From: Gonapodya sp. JEL0774
Taxonomy: Eukaryota
Direction of reading: 5' to 3'
Assembly (NCBI GenBank): GCA_027604505.1
Contig: JADIIX010000038.1
Coordinates: 1-64,000 of the forward strand
Length of the DNA: 64,000 nt
Below the pieces are notes generated by a model, which worked only from the letters and a program-made list of their open reading frames with translations, made no database searches and was not told the origin of the DNA. This document shows positions 11,594 through 24,831 of the stretch, one piece after another. Position 1 is the stretch's first letter. Each line of letters starts with the position of its first letter. The position numbers and the translations under genes were made by a program.

Positions 11594-14500
11594 ATGAACT
11601 CAGCCAAGATTTGTTGCGGTCTGTACATGGTCCAATCTGGGACAACAGTTCGGAGCGTCGCAATTCCTCTCCACAACGTGTCAGTCAACGCAGAGATTCT
11701 CGACTGTCTGGCTTCCGTTACACTATCTCAAACGTATGTCAACGAGGACCCCAATCCCATTGAAGCAATCTACAAGTTTCCAATCTACGAGAGCGCAGCG
11801 GTTTATTCATTCGAGGCCGAGGTGGATGGGACGGTCATCCGAGGAGTTTGCCGGGAACGGGAGGATGCCGCAAGAGAGTACAACACCGCGATCGCTGCAG
11901 GAAACAGAGCGTTTTTGCTAGAGGAGCAAAAGGCCGACAGTGAGCATCTGTTCATTTAGCACCACCATCTTCGAAGTCTCATTCACCCCATAATGCACTT
12001 CCCCATTCTCAGTCTTCCAAATCTCTGTTGGCAACATTCCCTCAAGGAAACCCGTTGTCATCCGCCTTTCCTACGTACATGAATGCAGAACCGACGAAGA
12101 CAATGACGAACTCCGCTTTACCGTCCCAACAACCATCGCTAGTGATACATATGGAACTTTCAACCCTCCAGCTGGGACAAATTTGCTGCCTGGTGGCACT
12201 TCGTACAGCAACGCTGCCACCTACACACTTTCGGTATCTGTGGACGTCCTCATGGCGGCGGGTCCGGTCTCGGAGGTTTCTTCGCCGACTCATCCCATCA
12301 AAGTTTCGATGGACGGTACCAATCCTAAACACGCCGTTGCGAAACTGACGCTCAGCAATGTGTACCTGGACAAGGACTTTATTTTGGTAGTCAAGTCCCC
12401 GGGAATCGACAAGCCGCGGGCGGTCTTGGAGAGAGATTCGGCTTCAGGAACCAAGTCATGCATGGTGACATTCGTGCCCAAGTTTCGTGTACAAGAAGTT
12501 CAAACGGAGATTATCTTCATTTTAGATCGGTGAGGATGTCAAACTCCGCGCTTTCCCATCCTGATTCTAAACTTTCCTATCGTGTGGTGTTGCTCTCAGA
12601 TCGGGCTCCATGCAAGGTGCAAATATCAAAAACGCGCGCACTGCTCTGATTCTCTTCCTCAAATCATTACCCGAGGACTGCAAGTTCAACATCATCGGCT
12701 TCGGTTCCTCGTACCGGCTCCTCTTCCCCAACTCGGTCCCTTACGACGAGAGGAATCTCAATACTGCTGTTAAACATGTTGAGAGTGTGCAGGCGGACCT
12801 TGGGGGCACTGAAATCTATCAACCCCTCCAGGAGGCTGTGAGCAAACCTGTGAACAAAAACTGGCAGAGAACCGTCATTGTGAGTTGCGCCTATGGTTTT
12901 CGCAAGAAGCTCTGGTTTGTATAGCTAACTATTGCCATACTCTATGTTGCTAGGTTTTGACTGATGGCGAAGTCTATCAGCCCGAGAGAATCTTTGAGCT
13001 CGCAACTCGCACGACAGAATCCCAAAACACTCGTATATTCACCCTTGGCGTGGGAGCGTCGGTATCTCACCTGCTTGTTAATGGACTCGCCAGAGCAGGA
13101 TTGGGTGCCGCTGAGTTTGTCGGATCGGGAGAGAGGATGGAAGGTAAAGTGGTGAAACTCATCAAGGCTGGCGTGAGGGGATTTGTGAGGGATTACAAGG
13201 TAAGCAGCTTACACAGTGCTGTGTAAAGGGCAAAGTGAACGGTTTGCATTTTTGGCTGTGGCCCCAGGTTACGTGGCTCCCTCAAGAAGTCATCACTGGC
13301 GCAGAGACCATATCCGCCATCCCGCCCTCCGAATCCGCACCAAACAATCCCACCGTGACCTCTAGCACGTCATTTTTTGACGACGACCTCCAAGATGATC
13401 CGCTGCCCAAGCGCGAAGTGCTTCCCGCCAAAGTCCCTCTTGTTCAACCAGCACCGTTCAGAGCTCCACCCCTCTACGCTGGGTCACGATACATCACCTT
13501 TGCGATTCTGGACAGCAAGCTGCCCGATCCAACATCGGTCACTGTTTCGGGCGTCAGTCCGGATGGACCTCTTGAGGTGACCATCCCTATCACCACCGAG
13601 ATTACGGTCGACGCAGGGCGTGGTGTGAAAGCTGTGGTGCACACCATGGCGGCACGGAAGCTGGTACAAGACTTGGAGGAAGGTGCGAGCTGGATGCATG
13701 CGGAAGACAGTGCCGTGGAGGAGTCGAGGGTGAGAACAGAGGTCGTAAGGCTGGGCAAGTCATGTGAGCAACTGTCCTCATTTGTGAGCTTGTCACATTT
13801 CGTTTCAACTCACTTGATTTTGATCTTGTAGATGGTATTGCTTCCAAATTTACGTCGTATGTCGCTGTTCAAGTCCTCGAAGGAGCCGAACGGATTCTGA
13901 CAAAGCCGCCAACAGTTATCGTTCCGAGCATTGTGCGTATTGTCCCATTTGTCGCCAAAATTCAAGAGCCAAGCTAAAACATCTCAAATCCACCTTTTGT
14001 TTAGGAAAATCAGACAGTGGCGCCGTCTCTACAAGGTAACCACCGTTCTTGGCGTGGCGCGCCAATTCGTGCGCCATCACCCGTTACGCCAGCGAGCAGC
14101 GCCGGTATCGGAATGTTCCAGCTTGTAGCTGCTGCCTCACCCGCCCGCAGTGCAGGCCGTGCATTTTTCGGAGCTTCCGACAGGTCCGCCTCTCAGGCGA
14201 CTGGCTTCGCCCCACCTTCGTCATCCATATTCAGTAAGTCATCTTCAGGAGGCTCGCCTCAAATGATGCGTTTGAGGAAAGCGTCATCTGGAAGTGGAGG
14301 CAACAAGATGAACGTCGTTTCCACTGCAGACGATTGTGTCGTTGAACAAGCAGATCTTAGAATGATGGATACTCGTGCCTCGGAGAAAAAGAAGAAGTCA
14401 AGTCGGGACGCCTCTAGATCCGGAAGCGATGACGAAACAGACGAAGCGGCCGTATTCCTGGGAGCTGTACAATCTCAGAGTCTATCCAAATCGTCTTCCA

Positions 14501-14817
14501 ACGGCAGTGTCACTTCTTCTCCGGAGCAGAAATTGCTCACATTGGTGTCCATGCAAAAATTCAACGGGTCGTTCGCGGCCGAATCCAAGCTTTTCTCTCT
14601 GTCACCAAAGAACGTCCAAGAAGCACCTCCAGCCGGGAGGACTGCAGAAGAGTGGGCTACGGCTGTCGCGCTGGCTGTTATGGAGTTAGTGCTGTCGGCA
14701 TTCAAAGATGAGTGGGAGTTGGTCGCAAACAAAGCACGGTCTTGGCTGAAGAAGCAGATAGGAGAGGAACGAAGCAAAGAATTGGTGGAAATGGCGAAGG
14801 GCCAAGTTGGCGCATGA
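11594..14817 (+). CDS. VIT + von Willebrand factor A domain protein (VWA5A-like); multi-exon
   Basis: VIT domain (QTYVNEDPNPIEAIYKFPIYESAAVYSFEAEVDG), vWA MIDAS motif FILDR|SGSM, LGGTE, LTDGEV, RIFTLGVG, and C-terminal Q-x-FNGSF / WATAVALA / EWELVANKARSWL. Confidence 0.9.
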
Positions 14818-15341
14818 GGAAAAAGATGTTTCCTGTATTTTGCTCACACTACACATCCAATAGTATGATAAATATATGACAAATTTTTGCATCTCATACT
14901 TTTTGCGGTACTCGCTTGCTTCATAAGAAGTTGCTCACTTGGAACGGTCCTGGCTTCTTCCCTCCCCCTCATTCTTGCCTGGATTGTCCATCTTTCCCAA
15001 CCTCGATGTTGCGCACACAAATCCCACAACACTTTCGGAGGATCTTGCAGCCATAGAATGTGATGCAACACTTGAAAAATAGAACTCCAGAATGCTGCTT
15101 TTGAAGAATCATATATTTGTCGGGAGACGGTTTCATGATGAAGGTTTGGGGTTTGCTGTGGCGCAGTTATCACGGCGGGTACGGAACGTGAGTTTCTTCA
15201 CTTTCGTTTTCGCGCCGATTCTTATCGAATTTCCAAATCACTTTGATTTTAAGAACGATTCCCTTCTCTACTCCTTCGGAATCGCTGCAAGGAACCCCGC
15301 CCTTCCCCCCTGATCTCATACAACTTATTGTTGCTGTCACG

Positions 15342-16965
15342 ATGCCGTCAGGATTGCCCACCGTCTTTTGTGTCGAGGACTGGTTGCTCACGGTGATGAA
15401 CGCTTCGGAACCATTCCTGCGTCCCATCTTCCGACCAATCGAGATTGCGACTCTCGGTTTGGCCAACTTCGTTGCCCCCAACACCACCAAGCTCATCTTG
15501 GATTTCTTCGCGGACAGCAAATCTGTCCACGCGCAGAGCTTGCCATTGATGAACTTTGTAAGTAAACTCGCCAATCCGGCAGCCTACAGTGTACTGGAGC
15601 TGAAAGGTGGAACGGGATCGGTTTCGGACGAGACAGGAGAGGAGACGAGATATCTCTTGTCGGTGACGGAATCCTTATCAGTAGTTTCCGTCTATCAACA
15701 CTTTTCAAAGAGGTCCGGGGAGCTAATCAGGGGTCTGAACGGAACAGAAAGCATTGTGTACATCTCAGTCACCCTCCTGTCACCGACGCTCTGTCATATT
15801 TCCGACCGCATCTCGCCTGTTTTCACGTGCCTTCTCGCAAAATTACTGAATTCGATTCTCTCAGTTCCATGTCCTCCTCATCTCGGCCGCATACCTGGTC
15901 ATCGTATTTTACGGCATGAAGTACATGGAAACGCGGGAAAAGATGAACCCGAAGCAGTACACCCTCCTCCACAATTTCGTCATGTCATCTCTCAGCTTGT
16001 ACATGTGCGTGGGCACTATTTGGCAAACGTACCACGACGGGTACAGTATTCTCATGAACCCTCCTGACAATTCGCCGAACGGCTGGCCGGTGAGTGGCAA
16101 TAAGGCGGTACATGGAATTCACATGATTTTGCGTTTGACTGATATTTGTTACTCCTGTTGCTGCTACAGATGGCCAAAATGGTCTGGCTCTTTTCCATGT
16201 CCAAGATCCCAGAGTTCATTGATACCTTCCTAATGGTGGTCAAGAAGAACTTCCGCCAAATCAGTTTTCTCCACCTCTATCACCACACAAGCAGTGAGTA
16301 GATTGCCGTCCCTCCTACGGTACCAAGGTGAATCAATGAGATTCGGCCCCTTTCGGATCAAAGTCTTCCTCATCTGCTGGCTCTTCTGCTTCGTGGCCCC
16401 TGGTGGAGAGGCATACTTGAGTGTCATACTCAACTCTGGTGTGCACGTAATCATGTATGGGTATTACTTCCTGTCCGCGATGGGTGTCGGCTGGGTTTCT
16501 TTCATTAAGAAGGTAAGTCATCTTTCGATGTTGCATCGGTTACAAACGGTGGCACTGACTTTGAGCGTCCTTTTGTTCTCTCACCAGTACATTACGATGA
16601 TGCAAATCTCCCAGTTCTGCATCATGATGGTCCAGCACACGGTGAGTTCTCACAACACAATATTGAACGGGTTTGCATATGATGGTTTTGACACCCTCTT
16701 CTTTGTAGCTCGACATCGTCATCAACATTTTTACCTCCCCCAAGGAGTCTTATCCTGTCTCCATCTCCATTATGATGTGGTTCTACATTTCTTCAATGCT
16801 CGCTCTCTTCGCCAACTTCTAGTGAGTGCTCCAGATACACGTATTTTGTTGTATCCGAGAATACTGATTCGGACTTGACTCGGAACTAACAGCATCCAAG
16901 ATCGTAAACGCGAGGCCGCGGCAAAGAAGGACGGAAAGCCGGTGGAGGCGAAGAAGACACAGTGA
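15342..16965 (+). CDS. Fatty-acid elongase (GNS1/SUR4/ELO family, PUFA delta-6-elongase type); multi-exon
   Basis: LPLMNF|FHVLLI, LLHNFVMSSLSLYM, SKIPEFIDTFLMVVKKNFRQISFLHLYHH (His box), NSGVHVIMYGYY, YITMMQISQF, and C-terminal KKTQ* ER-retrieval motif. Confidence 0.92.
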
Positions 16966-17489
16966 AATCCGCAGTCGAGGTTGGATAGTTGTATACCCCA
17001 CTCGAATTTCTCGGCAATTGCATATGGAGATAATTGTTTTGCATTGATGATCATTTAATCCCTTTGGAGGATTTTGTGTGTAATAGAACTTTCTCTTTCT
17101 TCCGCAGTCAAGTGCACATACAAGTGCAAAGGCTGAAGAACCACAAATCTGTAGGGATAAATAAAGCTTCAAGCTATGTTCAACAGTGGAGAGTGCGTCA
17201 AGTGTCCGTTTCGGATCTGGTCTCCAGAGGGATTGTCAAAAAGCTGTCTTGTATGTGCATAGAACCAGCCATTACACAGTCGGAGCGATTCAAAATTTCA
17301 TAAAGCTAATGGCTGACTCACGTTTCGTCCGGGGTTGCTTGTTGTTATATTTTGTTACACGTGTTTTGCCTTATAACGTTGCTGAGCCCACTGCGCTGTG
17401 CCACCCGTTCTACCCGTTTGGTTGCATTCTCAAGAATACATAAGCTCATCACTATCCGCCAGCGCCTACATCCACATTCAAATTCTCAG

Positions 17490-19009
17490 ATGTCTCTCCT
17501 ACGTTTCTCCAATAATTCTGTTTCGATTCTACATTCCCGTCGCCTGCTTGCGCCGCTTTCGTCCACTGTTCAGAACTCAATTCTCCGCCGCCGTTACCCA
17601 TCACGTAATTTGGGAACGGCCTCTCTTCAGGAGCGGATTCCTTCTGGTACTGGAGAAGCGGCAGAAAAGGGCGCACCAAAAGCCGAAGTGACCTGGTTGG
17701 GGGAGTGAGTTCTTGCCACATTTAATATCGGAATCCTGGATTCCAATCATCATCTGCCATGGTTCACACATCAGCCTACCAATCGTCAAGCCCGAACCTG
17801 TGCGGCACGAGTTCGCCCACCATAAATTGTCCACAGAGGAGCTTGAAAACTGGAAGGTCGGAGTAGGGTATCATAGGCTACCGGTGCGTTTTGACTTTAT
17901 CATAAATACCGCGACTAAGGGCATGCCTTAATATAGCACGTTTTTCGAGCAGGAGACGTTTTCGGACAAAATTGCATTCGCCCTCGTAAAGTTCCTCCGT
18001 CTCCCGACTGATCTGTTTTTCAGAGTGAGCTCTTCCCTTCCAACTCCATCGAGTTCCTTGTTTCATATGATCATCTTCCCCCTAGAAAAAGTACATTCAC
18101 CGCGCTGTGTTGTTGGAAACCGTAGCGGCAGTTCCCGGTATGGTTGCAGGAGCGCTCCGGCACCTGACATCCCTTCGACGAATGAGACACGATGGTGGAT
18201 GGATCACACACCTGCTTCACGAAGCTGAGAACGAGCGAATGGTGAGTACTGGCGACGACCGTTGCACCGCCCGTTCATGTATCTCCCAACACTCCAACCC
18301 TCGGATCCGCCACCACCCAACACTCTCCCTTCATTGACGTCGGCAGCACCTTATGACCTGGACAAAAGTCTTCCAACCCAAACCTTGGGAGCGCTTGCTG
18401 GTTCTTGGTGTGCAAGGGGTTTTCTGGAACATGTACTTTGTGGTGTATTTGCTCTTCCCAAAAGTAGCGCATCGATTCGTCGGCTACTTGGAAGAAGAAG
18501 CTGGTGAGTTATTTTTGCTCGATTGCATAGTGATGAGTCCTCATATGTGGTGTTTTCTCTCGTCCATTTCAATTCCCCAACACAGTCGTCTCTTACACGC
18601 ACTTTCTGCACTCCATCGACACCGGAGCGATCGAAAATGGTCCGGCTCCAAAGATCGCCATCGACTACTGGAACTTGAAAGATGGTGCAAAACTGCGTGA
18701 TGTAGTTCTTGCAGTGAGGGCCGACGAGGCTGCCCACCGTGATGTGAGTTTGCAGCATCGGAAATGTGTTGGTAATCAGTGTGATTCGGCAACTTGACGA
18801 CTGCTTTCCTTGAAATTTAGGTCAACCATCATCTCGCTGATCGTTTACTCCATCGTACCGAGGACCTCCGCATTCCCTTTCAGCCGAAAATCACAATCGT
18901 AGACGACACTTCCCACTACGACCGAGTCGATGCCACTGGGAAAAAGCTCCCCCCAACAGCGGACGCGGAGGGTATGATCCCTCGAGTGGACCTTAAGATT
19001 CAAGTATGA
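17490..19009 (+). CDS. AOX: Mitochondrial alternative oxidase; multi-exon
   Basis: Arg/Ser/Leu-rich presequence; di-iron motifs [54 protein letters not shown]. Confidence 0.96.
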
Positions 19010-19822
19010 GGTGGTTCTGTGTGTAGTTTGGATGGCTTCTGTCGTGAGATCTCGTTCACGCGATGTATCGCGCGGGATCGCATGTAATTCTACTTCTGCT
19101 GAGTCATATGCCTGATCTGAAGATAGCACTTTTTGTACTGTTCAAAATTCATCGTTTCATTAGCATGTAATATCATCCTTTTGTCCGTGATCGGAACAAA
19201 ATGCGTGGTGAACTGCGGTCCCATAAATGAGGTGCGAAAGCAGATGCTTTTCCGAACATCGAGTTTCGCAGTCTCTTTTTCCGTCAAATGTTTTTTAGTT
19301 TGTAATGCTGTATTCCTATGCGTGAATAGTGGGGCATTTTACGGTGATCCAACTCACCTCGCTTCGCAGCATCAACAGCCGCGCCGGATCATTCAGGTGA
19401 TATCACCGGAGATGATATATATGGGTGAGACAATAAAATCACCTGCAACAATGCGCAGGTATGCGCATCACGTGTCTGGTAAGGTAGACTCTTTTTCGAA
19501 GAGGGGTGTGTGCCAGACAAGCACACTACCATCCTCGCCTGGTAGCATGAACACGTGCACGTTCCGAGGGTAGCTTGTGCGCAAAGACCTTTTATTCACT
19601 TTGCATTCGCATGAGGAGCTGACATTGCACACGAAGACCTCCGTGAAGGCACGAGCTATTTTTCTTGTATTAACTACATAGACTCATTCAAATTTGTTTT
19701 GTGTTTTCGATTTGGATTGCGGACCAACCAGAAAAATACAGAAAAAATGGATCAATGACTGTGCTCTGTCCACAGCAGATTCGGGCATCGTCTCATTGAA
19801 ACTTCACCCGACCCGTTTCACA

Positions 19823-20988
19823 ATGGCGAGCTATCAGGTTAGAATCCCCACATTCTCATCCCCATCTCATTTTCTTTGCGGTTCTTTGGAGCTCTTCCAC
19901 GCGTACTGGCCCTGGAGCTGGAGCTTGAAATCCTCGATATGCGGCGGCGGCCGCTAACCAAATCTAAACGGGGATTGGCTGACGGTCTGATAAGCCGGAG
20001 AGCAGCGCATGGATAAAGAAGGTAGCTCAGGATGGACCTCGGGTGTGGACTAGCGCGAGTGAGACTTGTGACGACATACTCGACCGGTCGCATCACTGGG
20101 AAAGAGGACGGAGAAGAGGAAGTTTGCCAGCCGGGCGGACCTAGAACGGTAGAAAGCAGTGCCTGAACACAGCTAACGCCTATTTCCGGGTCCACACGTT
20201 CGTTTGGCGGACGTTATTTGACGGATCGCTCCCTACCTTGCCCTCCGCCCCCCACCCATTCTCCATAATAACTCTAAATAGGCTGTCGATCAAAAGAAGG
20301 AAGATTTCCGCAAGTACTTGGAAAAACACGGTATCGTCGACGCCTTGACAAAAGGTGCGTGTCTGGTTGTCGTTCCTGTCTGACACGAGGGTCTCCGACA
20401 CGGAATCAAAAAGACGAAAATGTGAAGCTAGGGGAGACGAGCAAACCGAGCTTATTGCGGGAAAGTTGAAGTCCGCATTTTTGTTCCCAAAACTCACGCA
20501 GGCTCCTCCGTTTGTCCCTTCTTGCACACACACCCTTGCAGTTTTGGTTGGTCTCTACGAAGAACCCGAAAAGCCCGATAACCCTCTCGAGTACGTGATA
20601 ACGTTCACCCACCTCATCTTCACAATCCTCTCAGTTGCACTTTGTCCCACTATCCCCCGATACGTCCACAAAGCTACGTCAAACACTTCCTTTCTGGCCC
20701 CTCTGACATCGATATAGAGGCCATTAAGGCCGAGAACGACGAGTTGAAAAGGAGAGTGAAGGAGTTGGAGAGCAAGTTGGCAGAGGTGGGTTGAAACGAA
20801 CTCTTATGAGAGAAAGCATAGAGGAAAGCGATTTTCGCTGTGGTATGTGCGTGTATTTAACCACTGTGATCGTGACTGATGATCCCGTTTGGCACTTTCG
20901 GTTGGGTCTGGTTTGTTTGCGGTGGGTTGCAATTGGATGCAAGCAGGTGGGAGCGGCGAAGGTGGAGGGAGGTGCAGGAGTTGCGTGA
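19823..20988 (+). CDS. MYCBP: c-Myc-binding protein homolog (MYCBP/AMY-1; flagellar FAP174-like); 4-5 exons
   Basis: Spliced: MASYQ|AVDQKKEDFRKYLEKHGIVDALTK|VLVGLYEEPEKPDNPLE|YVKHFLSGPSDIDIEAIKAENDELKRRVKELESKLAE. Ends at 20794 (VG*) or, after a last intron, at 20988. Confidence 0.88.
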
Positions 20989-23341
20989 TTGTGAATGAAG
21001 GCGAATGGGGTGTGAGTGAGTGAGAGCAGGGCTTCCTTGGGTGAGCGAATTGGACAGACGATTCAATTGAGTTTGTCGCCAAGACTGTATTATATTTGCA
21101 CAGATTACAGATTACAATTTTATTTGCATTTGCTTTATTGTGGGAATTCCAGTTCCCATTGGCCATGGCATCTTCATTGTGAATAGGTACGTGAGAATAT
21201 GGCTCGCGAAGAAGAGCACGGCAAAGAGCGTCAGGGCGCTTTCATAACCACGGATTCACCACACACGGTCTTGATTCTTGGTTTCAGGGACTGTCCTCGG
21301 ACGTTGAAAGTCCAACATCCATGTATCGTACTCACACCAAAATTGTGTAAATAAAAAGTCCCTCTTCCTATGCACTCACTGTAGCTGAGTTCAAGAAAAT
21401 CCAAAAAATGTGGACGGCTGAAGGTTGAAAAAGACCCATCCATGACTGGCTTCCATATTTTTCGAGCTCTGTTTTGGTGGGGAGTGCGTGTTTGAAGGCG
21501 GTGTGGCGATTCGGCCTGGGTCCTTGGAGTACAGTTAGGTCCGTAGATAAACGGTCGATTTTGCACGAGACACCTTAACCATCGTTGGTTGGAAGACAAT
21601 GCTAGTACGGAGATGTATGAGTCTAGAGTGATGTTCTGAGGTTGGCACATGTGAGTGGAGGGTTATGTGGTTGCAAGGCATGGCGACGCATGGTGGATGG
21701 TAATAGAAGATGAAGTGAAAGGATCAGGGAAGGAGGAGAAAGAGAGAAAGTCAAAACCGGTTGTCCGGTTCCGTTGATTGTGACACGAACGGTAAGGGAG
21801 AATTTGATTCCAGCCCTGTCGTGAATGCATTTCCACAATCACGGAGGCGTAAGCAACATCTAGTTTCGAGTCCGCTCCGATTGAAAACCGTATTCGCCAT
21901 GACGACGGCCGTTCGTGCCATTTCCGCGACATCGAAATTTGCCACCGTCATTCCCAAGGACTCGCCTTCGACCGACATACCCGGACCGCATCGCATCACC
22001 GTGAGCTCTACAGATCACTAGAGAAGTGATCGGAGCGGGCGGCGGAAGGCCGGGAGTCGGGAAGCGGAGACTGGGAAGAGCAGGTGGACGATGTCGGGGA
22101 AGAGGGAAGTAGGGCCGAAGAGTCTGATCTTGCACGGGATAGTTCTTCATGGCGGGGGATGTGGTGGTGATGGGGACGTTTGGGACGTTGAGATGTCTCA
22201 CCGGTTGTTTGTCCTGTTCTAGAAGACAGAATGTCTAGTCCAATCCGCAACCAGTCCATCACCACATGGTGCTAGTACCGCCCGCGTCGATTCATCCTCA
22301 TCCTCACATGCCCTTTGTTTGCTGATCAGTGAACGTCTCCCCGTGGTGGTCTCCAGGCAAGGTGCAGTTTATGCTGCACAGCTAACGTTCACTGCTGCAC
22401 GTCGCGCAGCTTCTGGCTCCACGCCCAGCGGAATGAGGATTGAATCGGAGAGACCATCCTGGAATCAATTTTTCACAAGCAATTTTTTTGTTTTCGCACT
22501 GTTCCAGTGGAGAATTGGCTTTTTCCCGACTGGATCACCAACGGCTATCTCCCCCTGACGCTGCTTCCGTAAAGTTCCGATTCATGTCTCTATGTATGAA
22601 AATCATGTTGTGAGTGAGAAGCTCAAATAGTGATCAGAGGGAGTGGGGTAAATAAGGAAACCGATCCCGTGCGGCGATCCAAAGGCGCGGGGTTGGATTG
22701 ATTTTTAGGTGCTCGCTGTTGAGACGCTACATATCCCCAAATTTCACCGTGTTATGTGTATCATTTGCCTCTTGCCCTGCTGTCCGGGTGGTGCATGGTG
22801 TTCCCCAGTTGTTAGTGTATCGGGCAAGACTCCGATGGGTGGATGAGTTTCGATGACACTGCGCTTCTTGGCACAAGCGAACACTAAGACCACGTTCTGT
22901 CTGACGACTCCAAAAACGGTGGTGCGTTGAATTTTCGCAACTTTTGTTTGTGACGGGGGGAACTGATTGCTGTGGGAGGATCACATATTTGTGGCATATC
23001 GAGAATATCTTGACTATTTGTATGATTATGTTACTAATGCCACCCAAACTGACTGACACCGCAATGTTTTGTGCCACACAGGCTTCGGATGAGTGAAGTG
23101 TGAACAGGCGTAATAATTTATTCCGGTTATTCATCACCAACAGCGCGTGCGTATATAAGTACATGAAGAAGAAAAAGGGGCAGCAAAAAGAGGGATCAAT
23201 TCGAATGGCGTGAAAGATGTGAAAGAATGGTAAAAGGGCAAGGCCCTGCCTTGCGTCTCGCTGCCTGGCGCACTTCTCAACCAACCCTCCCATCAGACGA
23301 AACATTCCAGCGGCGACGGACAGCAATTTCACCACGCATCT

Positions 23342-24434
23342 CTAGAACTTTTGGGGGAGCTTGGCATCATCCCTTTTGGAATTATCGTATGCGGTGATGA
23401 CGAGGTAGTGACCGCCTGGGATCCGGGAGAGACATAGTGAATCGGTGAAGCATGAAGTTGTCACAGAGATAATGCATGAGCAAGAGGATAACGGGGAAGG
23501 TGCAAACTAAATAAAATTATTTGTGTGATGCTCACCTTCAACGAGCTCATCGAGATCCTCGATTTGACGCATTTGCTGATCGAGGATGATCTTGGGCTTG
23601 CCGGTCGGAGTGAACTTGGCCACATGGTCAATAAGGCGCTTAAAATCGGGAAACTTGGTCTTCAAGAGGATGGTTGCCTGGCCTGTGGGCGGTGTTGGAG
23701 GTTGTGGATCCGTAAGGGTTCTCTTGGACCACGAGTATTGCGCTCATTGACGCAAACCTCTCACCTTGGTCGGAACAATTGGCGTACTCGAAGAGCACAA
23801 TTTTTTTGGGCTTTACACCGAAATCGTCAACTTTGACCGGTGGGTGACACGTATCGAGTCAGAATCGCCAGAGGAGCGCACATGTGTGACTTACGGGAGC
23901 CCTTGGACTTGACGACAGGCTTTCGGGTGGCATTAAGAGAGTCATTACTCTAGGTTCGGAAATCCACCCGGAAACGGAAGATAGCAGAGGTTGGTATAAA
24001 AGTCATTCCCCTGTGACAATTGGGAACTACCTTGCCGAGCTCTTGGCTCTTCCTCAACTCTTGGCTCTTCTTGAGATTGTTCCTACTCTCACTTTGAGTA
24101 TTGCCATCGAAAGTGATTCGCTTTGAGTCAACGAGTGTATGTGAGCGTTTTAAGCGATTGAGGAAACATGTTTAGTCAACGCCAATATAGCGAAACCCAC
24201 GTCCTCTCGACCATCCAAGCCCTTCCCCTTCCCACTTTCGTCAAAGCGCTGCTTGTGCGTGCCAGTGTACTGGGATAATAGGACATATCATGAATGGTTA
24301 CAGGTATGGAAGCCGCCGAGGTAACAACCATCAATACCGTCGCCAATGGAGCATTTGGTTACGGCGATGGTTACCTTTGATGTGTCCGTGAGACGGTCTA
24401 CAACGCTTGGAACTTTTGTACGAGGGTTTGACAT
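23342..24434 (-). CDS. Apicortin-like protein (partial p25alpha/TPPP motif + DCX domain); 7 small exons
   Basis: Spliced: [43 protein letters not shown]|...[14 protein letters not shown]...[47 protein letters not shown]...PQKF*. Confidence 0.85.
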
Positions 24435-24831
24435 GTGGAAGAAGCAGTTGGCGGCTGAACGTTTCGCCGATGTGGTGAAGAGCTTGCAACTCACTTGGCA
24501 TATCGAACAATGAACAAACAAGAATGAATTTCCAAAGTAAAGTGAGTTTGTTTCGCACGTTACTGTTGTTGCTGCAAATCTCTGATGTAATGCCGCTTCG
24601 CCGATCACTGGGATGAATGTCCCCTGTGTCAGGGAATGCCGCTGACCGCGAGACATCAAACTCTGAACCGCGTTCATCACATTTTGACATCTGATACAAG
24701 GGCATACCGAACGGCGGTGTTTGTTCGCCCGTGACGCACATCACTGGACCATACGCATCGCGGACAATTTAACTCATCAGGAACGGTCGTGATACAACTC
24801 CCCCCCTAGTCCCACCATCAAACAGCCCCAT

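Noticed and set aside
22727..23335. 202-aa minus-strand ORF
   Set aside because: Non-ATG start, lies in the apicortin 3' region, composition is UTR-like, no motifs.
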